DNA of 64,000 bases from Chromera velia (Eukaryota), in NCBI GenBank assembly GCA_018398765.1, contig JAHBMJ010000333.1:1-64000 (forward strand), written 5' to 3'. Of the stretch, positions 10,933 through 25,030 are shown piece by piece. Position 1 is the first letter of the stretch; every line of letters begins with the position of its first letter. The translations under genes and the position numbers were made by a program. Below the pieces are notes generated by a model. It worked only from the letters and a program-made list of their open reading frames with translations. It was not told the DNA's origin and ran no database searches.

Positions 10933-12526
10933 GACCTCCTTGAACCTAACTACCACTTGAAAGTTTAAGCCGCATTTTTGAATAAGCTTAAAAGTCCGCG
11001 CCACAGGCGCAGATCATTTTCGGTGCACATGCCGGGGGCGAGTGGGATGCTCTTTGCCCCCCTAAAGCGGCGTATTTCCGTAAAAAACTCGTTTTCATAA
11101 TTGGTAAGGAGTTAGAAGCTGAAACTTTGTGTAAGAAGACGTTGTAATAATAGAAAAAGAACTGTGAAACCTAGGCGACGCACAGTGGTAAAAAAAAAAA
11201 AAGAATAGACCTTTCCAGATTTTTTTTTTCTTTCTTTTTTTCTATGAAGGATTTCCTAGAGCACCTTTAGGAGTACCTAGAGGAGCACCTTTTAGAAGTA
11301 CTTTTAACGTAACTTCCTTGCGAACTAGCTCGCAAACCTATTACTTAACTCAAAGTTTTAAACATCTTTTAATCTTAGTTTTAACCCTAGTTCTACTCCT
11401 AGTTATTATTGTACGTTTGTCTCTCCTAGTGTCTCTACTAGTGTCTTCACCATTCCATCATCAACTTTGTTGGACACAGACCAACCAATCTTTTTTCCCT
11501 TGTTCAACTGCACTGTTACCAGACTTTTCTCTCTTCTCTTTGCTGTGTCTGTTAAAAAAACTAACCATGTCTTCTTGTTTTCTATTCATATTGACTTGCA
11601 TCCGCCCTTTCTTTCTCGTAAATTCTATAGCCACTTCAGTATCATCCCCACGCGGTATCGACTCGTGCTCTTGGTTGAACATATTTTTACGGCTGGCCAC
11701 TACATCTGCTCATCCTCCTTCTCCCCCTCATCTTCAGCATCTTCATACAGTTCTTCAGATGCAAAACTGTCGACCTGGAAAACATCTTTGACTGGCTCTT
11801 TGTCTGGCTCTTTGACGATATCTAGGACGATATATATTTTGAAGCTCTAGTCGAAGCTAGTTTTGGTCAATCCTTTTAAGCGTCTACCAAGCTAAAAGTG
11901 AAACTGGGATCCTAGATATGATTCAAACTCTAGTTGAAGCTAGTCATTTAACCTTTATTTTTTTTTACATATACAATAAAATTTTGAATAAATAAAAAAA
12001 AAAGAATGAACGTTTTCAGATTTTTTTTTTTTTACCACTGTGCGTTGCCTAGTATGAAACACATTTTTTATATTATTTCTAGAAACATAGGCTGCCATAC
12101 AATTTTTTTAATTTTTGGGCTTGCAATGTTTCAACAGTTTTCAATAGTAATAAAAATGGTATGAAACTCATAAAATTTGTATGGCAGCCTAAGTTTCTAG
12201 AAATGATATAAAAAATATGTTTTATAGTTCTTTTTCTATCATTATAACGTCTTCTTACACAAAGTTTCAGCTTCCAACTCCTTATCAATTATGGGAACGA
12301 GTTTTTTGCGGAAAAGCACCGGTCTCCTATACAAAAAGGAGGGCAAAAAATATCCTACTCCCCCCCAGCATGCGTGTCTTGAAAGCCAAAGCCGCATATC
12401 TGGATGGTGTCTTAACTGTATACGCCGTAGGCGTGGACGGTCTCTTGAAAAACTATGCCGCAGATACTATTGCCAGATAGAGATCATCTTGATTATATTT
12501 AAGTGGTGCTTAGGTTTAGAGAGGTT
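10933..12526. mobile_element. ~240-bp MITE (same family as 59612-59845) expanded by a nested insertion
   Basis: GACCTCCTTGAACCTAA / TTAGGTTTAGAGAGGTT; perfect 8-bp TSD ACGAGTAG (10925-32, 12527-34). Both halves align to 59612-59845. Confidence 0.85.
11026..12374. mobile_element. Non-autonomous TIR element with 2-bp TSD (CMC-like)
   Basis: CACATGCCGGGGGCGAGTGGGA / TCCTACTCCCCCCCAGCATGCG, flanked by TG on both sides. Removal restores the host MITE. Confidence 0.7.
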
Positions 12527-14438
12527 ACGAGTAGCAACGACTAACATACGAGTGAACGAAGACCACCTAGAAGACTACGCCAAAGATAAACGTATGTCAA
12601 ATTTAATAATCTAAACATTTATATGCAAGAGAGTCAACATCAAAAAGATATATGCCCGTAGGGGGGGGGCTTAAGTAAACCTATGCCCGTCCCGGTCAGT
12701 TTGAAGCCCCCCTCTCCCCCCCTAATGGGTCCACTTATGAACCTTAAAACAGCAAAGAATTGAAGTGGACACAGATATTTGTCATTGAAGGACTAGTTAA
12801 AGGATATATATCATTGAAGTCCACAAAGAGTGCAATTGTTTCATTCATTTCTCCATCCAGTATCCATCCAGTCATAACTGAGCTGATAACTTAACCGGAC
12901 TCGACCCAACTACCTACCCATCCATCCTAATCCATCTCCTAGGCGTCGACTATAAGGAAAAAAAAAGATCACCCAAAACCTTTTACTTTTTTTCTTCTTT
13001 TTTTTTTTTTAGCCAACGCCTAGTCCATCTATCAATTCATCCACTCATCTATCGATGTATCCATGCATCAGGTAGCACAGTAAGGCTTTATGTACGGGGC
13101 TCATAAGAAGTAAATTCTCTCATGCAAGGTTCGTACTTCTTTCTTAGACAATGCTCTGTTGCTTCCAGACTGTCTGACCTACATGGCGCGTGCAACGATT
13201 GATAGACAGACAGATGCATGGACTGATGCACGCCGTGCATGCTGCCAGACTCGCAATACGCACAGCTCATTCTATGCTGACACACTGCATTGCATATTGT
13301 TACTCAGACCTTCATAATGTAACGCCATGCATCCATATATAAGGGTAGGTAACATTAGATAACCTTTTTTATGCTAGTGAAAATGCAATGAGCGCCGAAG
13401 ATGGTCTTAGTCTTGATCGAAGGCGGCGGCCGTAGGCCGCCAAAGATGGCAGCATTTTGATCGATTTTAAAAAGTTCATAGCTTAGTGTTAGGGAGGTAG
13501 GGAAAACTAAATATGGGCCCCGAGGGCGGGATATGATACCTTAGCCTAACTAAAGAATGCGCCGCCCTGCTAGCTCTGGCAATAGATGCATGGACATAGT
13601 AGGAAGGATAGCGGGAAGGCCTATAGTGCGGAACCTATCAATCTGACAATGAATCAATCAATCATCGTTAACGATAAAGAACAGAACTAGTTTGTTCTGT
13701 GAGGAGACGGAGATCGTACCGCTTAACAGCCTGCGTCAGTACAAGGTCAGGAGGGGAGGGGAAGAGAAGTTTTTTGACTTCGATGGGTCGTTCACTTTTT
13801 TTAGTCTTAGGAGGGATGTATTTGCCGTAAATGATTATGTTTGTGTTTTGCCTGAACTTCTTCTGTTTGTTTATACTTTTTCTGTGAAGGAAGTGAATTC
13901 GGTAAAGACTAACCACGCCACACTTTGGTTGTACCTGCGCTTGCCAGAAACAAAAGATAAGAAGAGAAGAAGGAGGACAAAGAAAGAGAAGGAGCTGCCA
14001 GAGCAAGACCAAATTTAAAAAAGATGGTGGGGACCCTTGCCAGAGAGAGCAGAAAAGAACTTCTTATCAGCGCTGGAAAGAAGATTAAACAACGAAAGAG
14101 TAAAGAAAGAAATGAGCAAAATGATGGATGTTTAGAAAGGAGTTCGGGTAATGGAGGAGACACTTTATAAACCATACAGGAAGCTGAAAAAAACAGTAGA
14201 AGAGGAATACAAGAAAGCGTGCAAGAAAGAAAAGAAATGCAGAAGAGGAGCAAACGTTAGAGAGGACGACACACCAGAAATAATAATCAGAAAGAGAATC
14301 AAACAAGTGAAAAAGATTGAATCACAGGCAGGAAAAAAAGTAAGAGAGGTTAAAAAGAAACTCGACAAAGAAAAGACAGAATCAGCAGAAAGAGAATTAA
14401 AAAAAGTAAAAAAGGCTTTGCATTCAGCAAGTAGGGAG

Positions 14439-14867
14439 ACTAAGAAGTCTTAGGGAAATCTGTATACTTGAAGGATGGAAAGATGGATGGATATATAAAC
14501 TTCTACTCAGCGATAGATCCGCCCTTGAACATGCCTACGATCACTAGATACGAAACAGGACACCTACACTGTCCATGTAGTTCATTTGATCCATCAGGTT
14601 CACTCAGTATATCATACATAGATGCACTATCACTCTAGGCAGTCTGTCCTTCTCTTTTCTTCGGTGTTTGATCCGTTTGTCTGGAAAGCATGCAGTCCTT
14701 GTTTATATTGCATTTTGCAGTCTCAATTGGATTTTATTTTTTTTGTATGTATCAATAATTCCATGCGCATACAATTTCCGATTCCGATGGCGGCACGACT
14801 GCACTCGAGGACAAGGATGGATCAGAAGCTCCGTTGCGATGCCAGGCGATGACGCTAACTTTGTACA
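14439..14867 (-). repeat. Copia 3' LTR
   Basis: Colinear with 42770-43198 and adjacent to the PPT. Confidence 0.9.
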
Positions 14868-16249
14868 TACCCCCTCATCCTTGGATTTGATAGTTTGTTT
14901 GTTTTCTTCTTTCTAAGTCAAATACCCACTTCAATAACTTTCTTCTTAGAGGTTCTGTCTGTTCCACCGTTGCGCACCGCTTGGACTCCTTCCCCTCCAA
15001 CTTTTTTTCCTTCTCCTTTTTTTTTTCTTTTTCTTCTTTATTTCGGATCTTTTCTTCTGTATTCCTTCCTGTCTTCTCTCTCCTTCTCCCTCGGGTTGGC
15101 CGGACCCTTGTTTCACGAGAGTTCAGACAGTCAGATTGTTTCTTTTTTTTTTTTCGTTCGATCGATCAAATTTTTGCTCCTTCCGTTTGCTCGCTTTCTC
15201 CCCACTCTTCCCCCTTCAATCGATAGAACAAGTGTCACAGTCACTGTTCTTTCTTTCTGTCTTGCATTCTAAGTGCTATTTCACTTCCATGTACATGCAT
15301 TGAGATCGCTGTTTCTCCGTTTCTCTGCTTCTCGTTCTCCTTGCTTCTTTCTTTCTTCCTTTCTTTCTTTCTTTCTTTCTCTCTTCCTTCCTTTCTTTCT
15401 TTCTTTCTTTTTTTTTTTTCTTTCTTTCTTTCTTTCTTTTTTTTTTTCTTGTCGCAACGCGGAAGGTGGTTATATAAATTTGCATGGACTAATTAGAAGG
15501 GTCTGAAATTTTTGAGCCGGTTAAGCCGGTCCGTGTGATTCCGGCGGCGCCTAGGGCCCAGAAAGGTACCAAATTGGTCCCTAGAGGCCGCTGAGTACGT
15601 TGGTACAAGAATTTGGGCCAAAACTTTCCAAGACCACTCTCAAAATCCCGAAATTATGCTCAGAATGCTTAAAAAGCACACCAACACACAGAGGAGGGTC
15701 ATTTCGTCCTCTCGTCCCTTAATTCCTGTCTACCTTGTTGTGTAGAGCAGTACCGATAGTCAAACTGGTATAATTCCGCTTCCTTGGTACTAGACAGCTT
15801 GCCTCTGTGTCGAGGTGAAGTCTTGTGGCATAGTTGATCTGCTTTGGCGTGTCTGGCAGCTCCAGTCTGGACCAGTCAGGAAAGTACCTCCCAGGCCTCC
15901 AAAGCAACATTCCTTCTTTCTACCAGGAGGCCGCAGAATCGATCCCCAGCAATTTTGCCCAATGCCCTGTATCTGTTGTTATCCTTCCAGGCCAGCGGGA
16001 TAGGTTTCTGGTGAGGCTGCTGGTTGTGGGAAGGTGAGATTGTTTTGTGTTCCTGTTGTGGAGAATTGGCGTCTCAGGGGTATTAATCGACCTCCAGCTC
16101 CCCCGGTAAGTGGTTCTGTCCTGCTCTTTCCCTCCAGACAGGAGCATATAAGTGTTGGGCAGTACCTTTGTGCAATGGCTGCAGGTTTAAAGTGCTCAAG
16201 AAAGAAAAAGCCCTTCCGGCAATTGGACATAGGGCGCCATCTGGAGTGT

Positions 16250-19200
16250 AAACAGAGTCGACTCCAAAGTAGGACTTAGTGGAATCCAAAGTAACTTTTA
16301 AATTTACTATATTCTAGCTTCATTATAAAGTAAAGCTAGGTTACTTGAAGCAATCTAGAGTCTTTTAAAGCATTTAAAATCGTTACTCCTGTACAAATCT
16401 GCTCAAATGTGCTCAAAAGACTGGTTGATTAGCTAGGGTGCATGGTGGGAAAAATTATGATCACCCCGTAGAAGTTAGTGAATGTTACCTGCAAAGAAAT
16501 ACACAAGCACAACACTAATGGATATGCTCAAAAGCAACGTTTACCCCCGTCAATCAACTACAAAGAATTGCTTCTTCTGCAAGGGAAACAGTGCAGGAAG
16601 GAGGGCTTCACAACTAGGCTGGTCAGACCGGACAGGAGGCGGTCAGCAGCGGTCGGAGAGAACAGAGCACAGAGATAACATAATTCTTTTTACAAAGAAC
16701 TCACACTATACGGCGCAAAAGCTTGCAAATCGTTCTGCGTGTGTCAATGAGAAACTGTGAAAAAGAAGGACAGGTCTGTAGGTAGATCCAGATGTTTAGA
16801 GGGAGACCAGTACGGAGTGCCACAAATGAGAAAGGATGAACGAGTAAGGAACATTTGCATCGAGATAGTACGGACCGCTTTCAAGGACTAACATATACGG
16901 AGCAAGTGGAAGACATTCAAATGCATGAAAGCTAAGCGATTGTTCTGGATGGAAAAATGTCTGGCAGGACTGAGAGCTGTGCACTAAGCTGTGCAAAGCT
17001 TCAAAAGAGGCGGTCAAAAAATAGAGGCTCCAGCAGACTCTCCGTCAACCCTCTCTCAGTGACCTCCCTTATGCGTTTCTATCAAGCTCCTAGCAGAACA
17101 AAGAAGCTGGATGCTAAGCAAATCATCATGCAAAGCGAGAGAGTGAGCCGCGCTTCCTTAACTGACCTGCAGGTGTCCTCAAGTCTCTATCCACCAACAC
17201 CTACAAACATGGAGGGACAGTGTAGTCAAGGAAGCACTTCTGTCTAGCTTATTCTGCGTGCATAAGGTCCCAAAGAAAAGACCAAGAGCCTAAGAAGCAG
17301 TAGGTCCGGACAGGCTGACCTGAGGGTTGACCCCGGGGCTTCTAAAACTGTGACCTGCAAGGAAAGAGTAAGGAGAACGATGAGGGCAGCAGTACTTTAA
17401 CATCTAGATAAGGCCGGCAGCCCTTCCCCGCTTGAACAGGAGGAGCAACAGCAAGCAAAAAGATGTTGAAAATAAGATCAAGACGGCTGGTGTCCACTAG
17501 ACTCACCTGCAAGCTCCACTTCATGCCGACCGAAGATGTCCCTGCAACACCCGTCTCCTCCAGGCTCCAGAACCCCGAAAGTGCACTCTCCCAAAAAAAG
17601 TCAAAACTTCCCTGACTATTTTGGGTCAGGGACCTCGAGTTGGGTCGGACATCCCCCCCCCCCCAAGGTTCAGAAGTCCGCACTTCTGAACCTTGGGCCA
17701 GGGGGGTCAAACCCCCCCGCCGCCAGGTCCAGACATGGGCTAATTGTGGGTCCGGGAGGCGCCGCCACGGGGCCAGAGGGGGTGGCAGCACCCTGCACCT
17801 TCAACGCACGCAGCCGACTTTGCCTCTGTCGGCCAATAATCGGGTCTGAAGTCTCTTATCCATCTTAAAGGTCCACAGTTTCAAAACTGCGGAGTCCTAA
17901 ACCTCTGAGCAAACAGACTTTTCCCACAGAAATGTTGCTACAAAAGATGTCTTCTGATGGTTTAAGAAGAAATTTGACAGAGCGTTTTCTCGGTTNGAGG
18001 CGGTCAAAAAATAGAGGCTCCAGCAGACTCTCCGTCAACCCTCTCTCAGTGACCTCCCTTATGCGTTTCTATCAAGCTCCTAGCAGAACAAAGAAGCTGG
18101 ATGCTAAGCAAATCATCATGCAAAGCGAGAGAGTGAGCCGCGCTTCCTTAACTGACCTGCAGGTGTCCTCAAGTCTCTATCCACCAACACCTACAAACAT
18201 GGAGGGACAGTGTAGTCAAGGAAGCACTTCTGTCTAGCTTATTCTGCGTGCATAAGGTCCCAAAGAAAAGACCAAGAGCCTAAGAAGCAGTAGGTCCGGA
18301 CAGGCTGACCTGAGGGTTGACCCCGGGGCTTCTAAAACTGTGACCTGCAAGGAAAGAGTAAGGAGAACGATGAGGGCAGCAGTACTTTAACATCTAGATA
18401 AGGCCGGCAGCCCTTCCCCGCTTGAACAGGAGGAGCAACAGCAAGCAAAAAGATGTTGAAAATAAGATCAAGACGGCTGGTGTCCACTAGACTCACCTGC
18501 AAGCTCCACTTCATGCCGACCGAAGATGTCCCTGCAACACCCGTCTCCTCCAGGCTCCAGAACCCCGAAAGTGCACTCTCCCAAAAAAAGTCAAAACTTC
18601 CCTGACTATTTTGGGTCAGGGACCTCGAGTTGGGTCGGACATCCCCCCCCCCCCAAGGTTCAGAAGTCCGCACTTCTGAACCTTGGGCCAGGGGGGTCAA
18701 ACCCCCCCGCCGCCAGGTCCAGACATGGGCTAATTGTGGGTCCGGGAGGCGCCGCCACGGGGCCAGAGGGGGTGGCAGCACCCTGCACCTTCAACGCACG
18801 CAGCCGACTTTGCCTCTGTCGGCCAATAATCGGGTCTGAAGTCTCTTATCCATCTTAAAGGTCCACAGTTTCAAAACTGCGGAGTCCTAAACCTCTGAGC
18901 AAACAGACTTTTCCCACAGAAATGTTGCTACAAAAGATGTCTTCTGATGGTTTAAGAAGAAATTTGACAGAGCGTTTTCTCGGTTTTGACTTTTTTTTTG
19001 GGAGTACACTTTCGGGGCTCTGGAGGAGACGGCTATAACAACAGTTGCTGGGTCACTTCGGGTCGGCACGAAGTGGAGCTTGCAGGTGGGTCCAGTGGAG
19101 ACCAGCCGTCTTAATCTTGCTTCCAACGTCTTCCTGCTTGCTGTTGCTCCTTTTGTTCAAGCGGGGAAAGGCTGCCGGCCTTATCTAGGTGTTAAAGTAC

Positions 19201-20359
19201 TGCTACCCTCATCTCTCTCCTTACTCTTTCCTTACAGGTCACAGTCTTGGGAGCCCCGGGGTCAACCCCCAGGTCAGCTTGTCCAGACCCACTGCTTCTT
19301 AGGCTCTTAGTCTTTTCTTTGGGACCTTGTGCACGCAGAATAAGCTAGACAGAAGTGCTTCCTTGACTGCACAAAGCGTGAACGCCTGTCCCTCCGTGTT
19401 TGCAGGTGTTGGTGGATGGAGACTTGAGGACACCTGCAGGTCAGTTAAGGAAGCACGGCTTACTCTCTCGCTTTGTATGATGATTTACTTAGCATCCAGC
19501 TTCTTTGTTCTGCTGGGAGCTTGATAGAAACGCACAAGGGAGGTCACTGAGAGGGGGTTGATGGAGAGTCTGCTGGAGCCTCCATTTTTTGACTGCCTGT
19601 TCTGAAGCTTTGCACAGCTCTCAGTCCTGCCAAACATTTTTCTACCCAGAACAATCGCTCAGCTTTCATGCATTTGAATGTCTTCCACTTGCTCCGTGTG
19701 TGTCAGTCCTTGAAAGCGGTCCATACTATTCCGATGCAAATGCTCCTTACTCGTTCATCTTTTCTCATTTGTGACACTCTGTACTAGTCTCCCTCTAAAC
19801 ATCTGGATCTACCTACGGACCTGTCCTTCTTTTTCATAGTTTCTCATTGACATATGCAGAACGAGTTGCAAGCTTTTGCGCCGTGTAGTGTGAGTTCTTT
19901 GTGAATAGTATTATATTGTCTCTGTACTCTGTTCTTCGGAATCCTCTCCGACCGCTGCTGACCGCCTCCTGTCCGGTCTGACCAGCCTAGCTGTGAAGCC
20001 CTCCTTCCTGCACTGTTTCCCTTGCAGAAGAAGCAATTCTTTATAGTTGATTAGCGGCGCTAAACGTTGCTTTTGAGCATATCTATTAGTGTTGTGCTTG
20101 TGTATTTCTTTGCAGATAACATTTACTAACTTCTACGTGCCGTGGTGATTATAATTTTTCCCACCATGCACCCTAGCTAATCAACCAGTCTTTTGAGCAC
20201 ATTTGAGCAGATTTGCACAAGAGTAACGATTTTAAATGCTTTAAAAGACTCTAGATTGCTTCAAGTAACCTAGTTTTATTTTATAATGAAGCTAGAATAT
20301 AGTAAATTTAAAAGTTACTTTGGATTTCACTAAGTCCTACTTAAGAGTCCACTCTGTTT
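16250..20359. mobile_element. Foldback element with ~1.35-kb inverted arms
   Basis: 16250-~17607 is the reverse complement of ~18983-20359 (AAACAGAGTCGACTC / GAGTCCACTCTGTTT). The empty site is visible in the 46742-47964 copy; probable GT duplication. Confidence 0.85.
17007..18985. other. Identical 989-bp duplication either side of an N (probable contig-overlap artefact)
   Basis: 17007-17995 equals 17997-18985 with n at 17996. No differences seen, unlike most other repeat pairs here. Confidence 0.85.
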
Positions 20360-20857
20360 GTATCTTTCTGTTCATGAGCAGACTTGTTAGTTGAAGTTCA
20401 CAGTGTTAAGGTCTACTTAGAGGGGATGGCGCTAGTGAGTGCTTGCAGAGGTTCAAGCGTCTTCAGGGCTTGATGTCGCTGGAGCGGTTCAGGTTGATCC
20501 CTAGTGATAGACTCGATCGATGTCAGGAGCATGGAGCTTTCTTGCGATTCAGCGATCGATCTGATTTCATAGTAGTCTTCCAGAAAGTCTTTCGGAAGTC
20601 TTTCATGTGATTTCGATCAAAATGCGACAGGCCAAAATCTGTATAGTACAGGACATTAACGTCCTGTCTGTTTTCTTGTTAATCCTTAAAAAGGCAGCTA
20701 GCGAGGATTGAACTTATGATCTTCTGTTTGTTAATGTTGTATGTTAATCACTAAGTCATAAATGTAAGCGACACACACCATTCTCTTTTGCTTAGCACTA
20801 TTTTTGATTAAGTCAATTTATTTAATTCTCATTTTCTTTTTAGTCACGCTTTGATAG

Positions 20858-22660
20858 CAGGGTTACCGATTTTTTCGGCGGTAGACAAGCTTTATTACCG
20901 GTAACCGGTAATTACTGGCAGAGTTTGCTGGCAGTTGGCAAAGACTTGGCAGAATTCTAACAGTCACTAACACTTTTCAATAACCTAAGTCCTAGGTTAT
21001 AGGTTAATCAATCAATCACTTAAAGCTAGACTCAAGGTCAATTCAAAAAGTCAATACGTCATCTGTAGGGACAGCTATGCGGCCAGTGTGCTTGAAGATG
21101 ATGTAGGTCGAAGCATGGGTCCCGTTTTGCACTTGGCGCCCAAAGACAAAGAACCGCTGGCCACAATGACCACAGCCGCAATGACCACAAGGAGGCAATG
21201 TTCTTCTTGCTCCTCCCCCCTCAGTAAACCAGGCAGGGGCTGTGCAAGTAAAGAGCCGCAGACTTACCATCTCCTCGTTTTTCAGAAAGAAGTAAACTTT
21301 TTCCGTCTCTTACTTTGATCCGTCTCTTACTTTGATCGCTCTTTAATGATGGTCAAGGCCTGGTATACAGACTGTAACAGAGAAGCAGAACAGTGAGAGA
21401 TGAAACAAAGTCAAAAAAGAGAGTAGTTCAAGCAGTGCATTGAAAGCAATAATTGTAATTGCAATAATTGCAAATAATTGGGAGCAATAATTCATTGCAA
21501 GCTCTTAGCTCATTGCAATTCATTACAATAATTGTATATAATTTCAAAATTGAGAGTCTGAGGTGTTTTATTTTTTTTTTCGGGGCATTGACTTAAAGTT
21601 TGTTCCTAGCGTCTGGCCTATACGTCTTTCATCTCTTCTTTCTGTTTTATTGGGCTCAAAACTAGTGAAAAACAAGGTTAAATGCGCGTTATAGGGCGCC
21701 AAAGCGATCAAGCATGCGCGCGGTGCATACTCACAAAATTGCATGCCTTGATATGTTTTTTTGATTCATGAATGATACTGAGTGATGCATAAAAATGTTG
21801 TGGCCTTCGTGTCTTCTTGTTTTTGCTATTGTATGATCGATTGCATAGATGTTTTCGTGGATATGGCCTTGTTTGCATGCAGCATACTCATAAAATTGAA
21901 GCACTATACGTGCCAGCAGTAAGTTTTTACTGCTTGTACATACAGTTACAGAATTTTCATGTTATGAACCGTACATGAAAGTGTGTTCATATTGTTTATC
22001 ATTCATATTGAATTCTAAGTTTATATTTTCTATGTTAAAAAATAAAAATAGTTATTGTTAAATATATTACAGGTATTAATACAAAGTAATAGCTTAGTAA
22101 TGAGTTGTATGGCTTAGTATAACTCCTTTCAAAGATTTTAAATTCATTTATATAAGTATTAAAATACTGTACATTACATTAAATATGCATAAAAAAATAT
22201 AAAAATGTTATTAATAGTCCTTTAAACACCCTAGAGCACTTAGAAAAATTAAATTTTTGTTTTATAAGCAATTATTGGCAATTAATTGCAACTATTGCAA
22301 TAATTGTTTGCATCAAACTAGTCAAAGCAATTTATTTGTTCAATGCACTGAGTAGTTGTTGGACCGACGCTGTCATAGAGCTGTTAGAACTTTTTACCAC
22401 TTATAAGGGTGAAGCAGTTAAAAATTTATATTTTTTTAATATTTTTTTTATTTTTTGTGTGTATGTGAATAGGTTTTTCAAATGCCAATAAACACTTAAA
22501 AACATGTTTTTGAAGGTTGGCACTGCAGGCGAAATTTTTTTTTTTGAACCCTAATTTTTATTATTTTTTTGTCGGTAAAAGGAAGGCAGACTGAGGCCAT
22601 TACCGGTTACCGGCAATTGCCGGTAGACTAGACCTGTTACCGACCAGAAAAGCAACCCTG
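20858..22660. mobile_element. Non-autonomous hAT-like element inserted in the Gypsy 3' LTR
   Basis: CAGGGTTAC / GCAACCCTG termini; 8-bp TSD TTTGATAG (20850-57, 22661-68); TTACCGGT subterminal repeats. Confidence 0.88.
21433..22350. mobile_element. hAT-like MITE nested in the previous element
   Basis: 12-bp TIR CAGTGCATTGAA / TTCAATGCACTG; GCAATAATT subterminal repeats. TSD imperfect (AGTAGTT on both sides, offset by 4 bp). Confidence 0.7.
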
Positions 22661-24919
22661 TTTGATAGCGCATAGCATTCACCCCTTTCTAAGATCGAAA
22701 TTCCACGCTCGATTCATATATGATGTAATCGCATAGCATTCGCTCCTTTCTAGGCAATTAATATTATATACAGTTCAGTACGGTCGTTAAAAAAAAAAAA
22801 TTAACATTCCTGATGCTTCACCAATTCTTAAGGTTATGTTTTTTTTTTTCTTTTTTCTTTTTTTTTTCTTTATTTATACTTCAAAGACTGTTTCAGATCG
22901 TGTGTTCTTATGACCATTCTTTTTTTTTTCAGCACCGCATGCATGTAGTAATACCGTAACATACTTATAGACACTCTTGCACATTGGTTATGCGCATGCA
23001 CACACCATATATAATTCACGCACTGACACGTGGACTTCACAGACTCATCAAACGGATTAATCAAGCTAAATCATGAGGGAAGCCGCACATTTAATCCAAT
23101 CAACGATCCACGCACCGCCGGAGCATCGCAGCACATCATCACAGAGCAACACTCAGAGCAACATCGCGACGCATGTTTCATCGTACCTCATCGCAACGCA
23201 TACATGTCATTGCAACACCTTAATTATGAGCGCGCGCGGCCCCGCAAAGCACTCGAGATCGCGCGACCGCGAGGGAGAAAAAAAAATTCACTGTCCGGCG
23301 CACCCAATTCTCTCCATCGTAACCTTCATCTTGGTCACCGCCCAGGTTCAAGAGTCCACTGGGTATCGGATGCATCTGTACGCGGGGTTCTTCCTCCTCT
23401 AAACTTTGCCCTCGATGCTCTCTACGAGTCTCTCTCTTCCCTTGATTACTCTCTTTGCTTTTTTCTGGGCCGCCACTTCCTCTTGTTTGATATCTTCCTA
23501 CTTGATGACATGCGGGAGCACGTCAGGGTTGATGTCAGGTTGCTGGAAGACTGGATGAGGAGACTGTGGGGCGAAGGGGTTGTATCCGTGAGTCTCCTCT
23601 TTCTCGGTCTCGCTTTTTGTCGTTGTGGTTAGTGTGGTGACCTCTGAGAGGTTCTCTCTCCATGCTGCGGCTCCTTCCTCAGTCTGAGTATCTGTGTTTA
23701 TAGCGGCTTAGATATGTGCTTTGGCTTGGGAGGAGAAGGAGTGTGGGATCGGCATCTGGTTCGGATAGTCAGGGAATGGGGTAGGATAGGTGCTGGGACC
23801 GTTGTTTACGAACATGTTGGCTTTTATTTCCGTAGATGTAAGAGTTTCTTGAAGAGGCAAGTGGTTATAATCAGGCTTAAGAGGATTCGGATTTCAGCTG
23901 ATTCAACTTGATCACAGTGATTGAAGAGTGGGGTTTGAAAAAAGTTGCCAAAAGTTTCGAAAAGGGTCGATCGAGATGTCGGGCTTGCAATTTCTTTGTG
24001 GGGAAATTTTTGGTCAATCGATTCGGCCGGCTGTCGGCCGAACATATGTGTCTATGCATGTCTCTTGTTCGGCTTTCAGCCGATTTTGGTCGAAAAGAAT
24101 CGGTTTTCAGACGGGGAAAGGCCTCTCTTTTCCGATTTTTCGCCTCCTTGACGTGTTTCTTTCGGCCGCTTGCTGGTCGCTTCTCGGCCGATCTCCGGCC
24201 GAATTTTTGTTTTGCTGTCGTCTCCTGTAGCAAGCTCTCGACATCTTTCATAGCTCAGCTTGAGATTCAGTATCGCTCGTGCCGATTGCTTGGTATCTCC
24301 CCCCCCCCTCCTTTATTTTTGGGTTACTTTCTGGTATCAACTCTTGTCATGAGTCTTGCAGATACTACTCTGAGTCTTCCCATTCTGGTGTAACTTTTGT
24401 TTATCGCGGTCAGTCACTGCCTTGCTGTTGTTTGACGTGTGGTCATGCTTTCTTCTATTCTCCAGTAGTGTTATTATACTCTGTAGTGAGTCTCTTCTAC
24501 CTCGGTGCACCCTTTCACTCCAGGTCAGGTCAAAGAGTGAGATCGGTCCATGATATACCAATCCTACCGTATCTTTTGTGATGATCAAGCTGCTGTTGTC
24601 TGGTTGCATACTCGTCTCTTCTCTGACTCATCCTTGTGTTGCTCTCTCTTTCTGTTTGCATCTTGCTGGTTTACATCTCTGTGGACTAGATCCGACATTC
24701 GAGTCCTCCTTCATGATCCATGATGTCATCGATACATCGATTTTTATCGTCGAGTCCTTCCACTACGAGTCGATCGTACAGATACAACATGTGTCTCTAC
24801 ATCTTCATCGTCCTCTCACCGTTCCAGCACGTCTCCTCCGTTCTCCTCCCCGTCCATTCTCGGCATCACATTGATCATCCACCATGCTTTCTTCCACGGA
24901 AGGGATCCCTACACTCACG

Positions 24920-25030
24920 TCCGCAGCAAGGATCTCTCTGCTTACATCTACGGCAAGGATTTCTCTGCATGTGTCTACGGCAAGGATCTCTATGTCTACA
25001 TCTATGGCATGGATCTCTATGCATCTTCCC
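24920..25030. repeat. 27-bp minisatellite, ~4 copies
   Basis: Repeated CGGCAAGGATCTCTCTGC..CATCTA units. Confidence 0.75.

Larger units (their letters stand above)
10790..13499. mobile_element. Non-autonomous TIR element with probable 8-bp TSD, hosting nested MITEs
   Basis: ACCCCCTTGACACTAAGCTATG / CATAGCTTAGTGTTAGGGAGGT; flanks GAGAAAAC (10782-89) and GGGAAAAC (13500-07); shared AAGATGGTCTTAGTCTT modules near both ends. Confidence 0.6.

Noticed and set aside
17007..18985. Recent 990-bp tandem duplication
   Set aside because: Identical copies abut an N, typical of unmerged contig ends.
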